Shown here: in pieces, positions 61,962-64,000 of the stretch
How positions within the stretch are numbered: position 1 is the first letter of the stretch
Layout: every line of letters begins with the position of its first letter
Source of the DNA: Candidatus Latescibacterota bacterium
GTDB lineage: Bacteria > Latescibacterota > UBA2968 > GCA-2709665
Direction of reading: 5' to 3'
DNA: 64,000 nt
Assembly (NCBI GenBank): GCA_965248435.1
Contig: OZ252100.1
Span: 1,984,001 to 2,048,000 of the forward strand
Made by a program: the position numbers and the translations under genes
Notes under the pieces: generated by a model
What the model was told of the DNA's origin: nothing
Database searches by the model: none
The model's input: the letters and a program-made list of their open reading frames with translations, nothing else

Positions 61962-62037
61962 ATAGGACCGGGGACGCCGCCATCCTCATGGTTTACGCCC
62001 CCGGCCCGTCGCAATCCTGGTTCATGCCAGGTCGCGA
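61962..62037. repeat. Intergenic direct repeat, copy 2
   Basis: ataggaccggggacgccgccatcctcatggtttacgcccccggcc...tgccaggtcgcga. Confidence 0.8.
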
Positions 62038-62059
62038 CTGCCATCTGCACCTTCGAAAC

Positions 62060-62635
62060 TCACCAATTAACACCAAAAGATGGGTCCCCAGGATCAATGT
62101 CGTTCTTCACTCTCAGCTTCTTTAGGGCGCAAGGCTGATGTGCTCGAATGAACTGTCTAATTTGCTCGGCACACCTGGAAGGATCGGAGACGGAGGTATC
62201 AATCTCAAAATCATATAGGCCATGAGCATGCACTAGCCTTAACTGTCCCTTAGCCATACCAGTTGAACGATCACCGCGTCCGCGTTCACGTTGCTCCAAT
62301 TCATCTAAGGGGCAGTGGACACCAATCAAGTATGCGTTTAGATCACAGAGATTCTTAACGCACTCTTCGAGTAATCCGGGATCCTCGATGACGACATCCG
62401 CAATTAGGTTGTTACCGGTCAGTGCCAATTCTCGCATACAGTGATAGTGGCCATGGAGTAACCGTGCTAGAAGAGGCCCTACGTGGGGCTTACGATCGAA
62501 CTTTGCAGGAATCTTGAAAAAGTCACTACTGAACCGAAGAAATGGTTCGTCCATGATGTTCTGCAAAGCATCGGCAGCACTCGTCTTTCCAGAGCTGGTG
62601 GTCCCATTGATCACAACTACCGTGCCTTCTGTCAT
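62060..62635 (-). CDS. Chloramphenicol phosphotransferase-like P-loop kinase
   Basis: INGTTSSGKTS, GVHCPLDELEQRE..RGDR..GMA..Q, YDFEIDTS. Confidence 0.88.
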   Translation of the reverse strand: MTEGTVVVINGTTSSGKTSAADALQNIMDEPFLRFSSDFFKIPAKFDRKPHVGPLLARLLHGHYHCMRELALTGNNLIADVVIEDPGLLEECVKNLCDLNAYLIGVHCPLDELEQRERGRGDRSTGMAKGQLRLVHAHGLYDFEIDTSVSDPSRCAEQIRQFIRAHQPCALKKLRVKNDIDPGDPSFGVNW

Positions 62636-62656
62636 ATTAGACCTCTGTGATAATCG

Positions 62657-62992
62657 TCAAATATTCGTGAACCCTTCACCGTTCAAAACCTTTGATGAAA
62701 TCCATACGGCATAGGCCCCAGAGAAGCCCAGTGACCAGTCTGGCACAGGTTCTGTTTCAGGGAGCCTCTCGATCATCGCTCTTGCAGATGGATGGTCGAC
62801 TTTCCCCCCGTAGAATATCCCATCTATTTGCGCAACCTCCGGATCGCGTATTCGGTTGACAAGCACAGAGACATAGCGATCACGCGTGTACCTCTGTATG
62901 ACGCTATCGATGGATGGCCTCATCCTCTTGTGCTTCGAGAATAACTGGCCAAGATCGGACCAGCATTCTACCGGGAGTCTAACTAGATCCAC
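62657..62992 (-). CDS. Hypothetical protein, possibly a truncated fragment
   Basis: 111-aa ORF in the same orientation as its neighbours; no catalytic motif recognised. Confidence 0.4.
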   Translation of the reverse strand: MDLVRLPVECWSDLGQLFSKHKRMRPSIDSVIQRYTRDRYVSVLVNRIRDPEVAQIDGIFYGGKVDHPSARAMIERLPETEPVPDWSLGFSGAYAVWISSKVLNGEGFTNI

Positions 62993-63282
62993 ACTGGGTA
63001 TCCTGATGTCGGAACCAAAATTGAAAAGCGCCTACCTATCCCTTCGCTCCATCGTAAGACGAAGGGCTAAGCAGGCGCCTCGTGGACTGGTATGGCGTGA
63101 TCCTGCAAGAGCGATACTTGCTCCTAATATTGTTTTTTCGACCGCCAGTCTGGATAAAACCTAAAGGTTTTGTCTCAAGGAGTCAAGGTGAAATTATGAA
63201 AAACCGAACGCCATAGCAACCTCGACTAACGCCCGTGAGCAATCCACACTCTCGCAACCATAGTGCATCTGAATGTCAGCTG

Positions 63283-63999
63283 CTACTCTGGGTATGGGAA
63301 GGGCATCTCGTTGTATGTGCAACCATCTAATTCACGTCCGGCCCTTTTCTTGTTTTTGCCGCCCCATTGCTTGAAGAAGAATGGCACTTCGGCAGAACGG
63401 CATTGGTCCCGTATTTCAACAACCCATTGCCGCTTCATTGGCCTCGCCTTCGGGCCAGATTCGCCACCGGCTATCACCCAATGAATACCAGTTAGCGGTA
63501 GTTTAGTTAGGCGTCCCAACAGCGGCTCGAGAGATAGGAACCTAATCTTCGCGTCGCAGGTCCTAAGCGCGTAAATACGATCTACACGTTCCTGATTCTC
63601 TATCGATACACCCATCCATATATTCTCAGGCCACGGTAGTTGAGTGCTGATACGCTCTAAGCGCTCAGCCCTCTTAGTCAGGATCTGAAATCTGTGACGC
63701 GGGCATTGGGACATCGTGTCAAAAACCCGTTTAATGAACTCAGTCGGCACATCTTCATGAAACAGATCACTCATCGAGTTAACGAAAACTGTTCTTGGTT
63801 TCCGCCAATTCAAAGGTTTATTTAACTCACCGGGATGGAGAGTCAACTTGAACCCATTTGAATACTTCTTGGAACCCATGGCTTTAAGCCGTTGTGCCAT
63901 AATTTCTGCATAGCAGTTCTTACAACCTGCAGAGACTTTCGCGCATCCACTCACGGGGTTCCATGTCATGTCTGTCCATTCAATGCTAGACTGTGCCAT
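63283..63999 (-). CDS. DUF5131 / phage Gp37Gp68-family protein
   Basis: SSIEWTD.TWNP..GC.KVS.GC.NCYA, FVNSMSDLFH, FLSLEPLLG, GGESG, FFFKQWGG. Confidence 0.93.
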   Translation of the reverse strand: MAQSSIEWTDMTWNPVSGCAKVSAGCKNCYAEIMAQRLKAMGSKKYSNGFKLTLHPGELNKPLNWRKPRTVFVNSMSDLFHEDVPTEFIKRVFDTMSQCPRHRFQILTKRAERLERISTQLPWPENIWMGVSIENQERVDRIYALRTCDAKIRFLSLEPLLGRLTKLPLTGIHWVIAGGESGPKARPMKRQWVVEIRDQCRSAEVPFFFKQWGGKNKKRAGRELDGCTYNEMPFPYPE

Positions 64000-64000
64000 T

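Noticed and set aside
60099-62037. Classical integron attC sites
   Set aside because: No clear RYYYAAC...GTTRRRY boxes, and no integrase in the window

Overview
Bacterial, mostly GC-rich window in four parts. (1) About 1-30.5 kb is one minus-strand signalling island. It holds four hybrid histidine kinases (one runs off the left edge), a TorT-like periplasmic protein, a TonB-dependent receptor, a substrate-binding protein, a FapA/DUF342 protein and REC-GAF and REC-adenylate cyclase regulators. It also holds four membrane sensors that carry different input domains but all stop right after a homologous GAF domain, with no catalytic output. Three of those GAFs are near-identical in DNA, and a collapsed kinase relic lies downstream of one. 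(2) About 30.8-42 kb is mostly housekeeping: an OmpA-like gene, hemB, a FolC/ATP-grasp fusion, rpmB, rimO, folA, thyA and HEAT-repeat proteins. (3) About 42-47.7 kb is an NAD-linked formate dehydrogenase locus whose alpha subunit has an in-frame UGA (selenocysteine) and a SECIS-like hairpin. (4) About 47.9-64 kb is an accessory region, visibly lower in GC after about 53.7 kb. It includes GNATs, an SDR, an NRAMP-like transporter, a DUF1016N-SNase fusion, HU/IHF, an ECF sigma/anti-sigma pair, a RIO kinase behind a leader-peptide attenuator, APH- and CPT-like kinases, an M3 peptidase and DUF5131. Several families of palindromic intergenic repeats occur. Domain calls are from motif recognition by eye; no searches were run.
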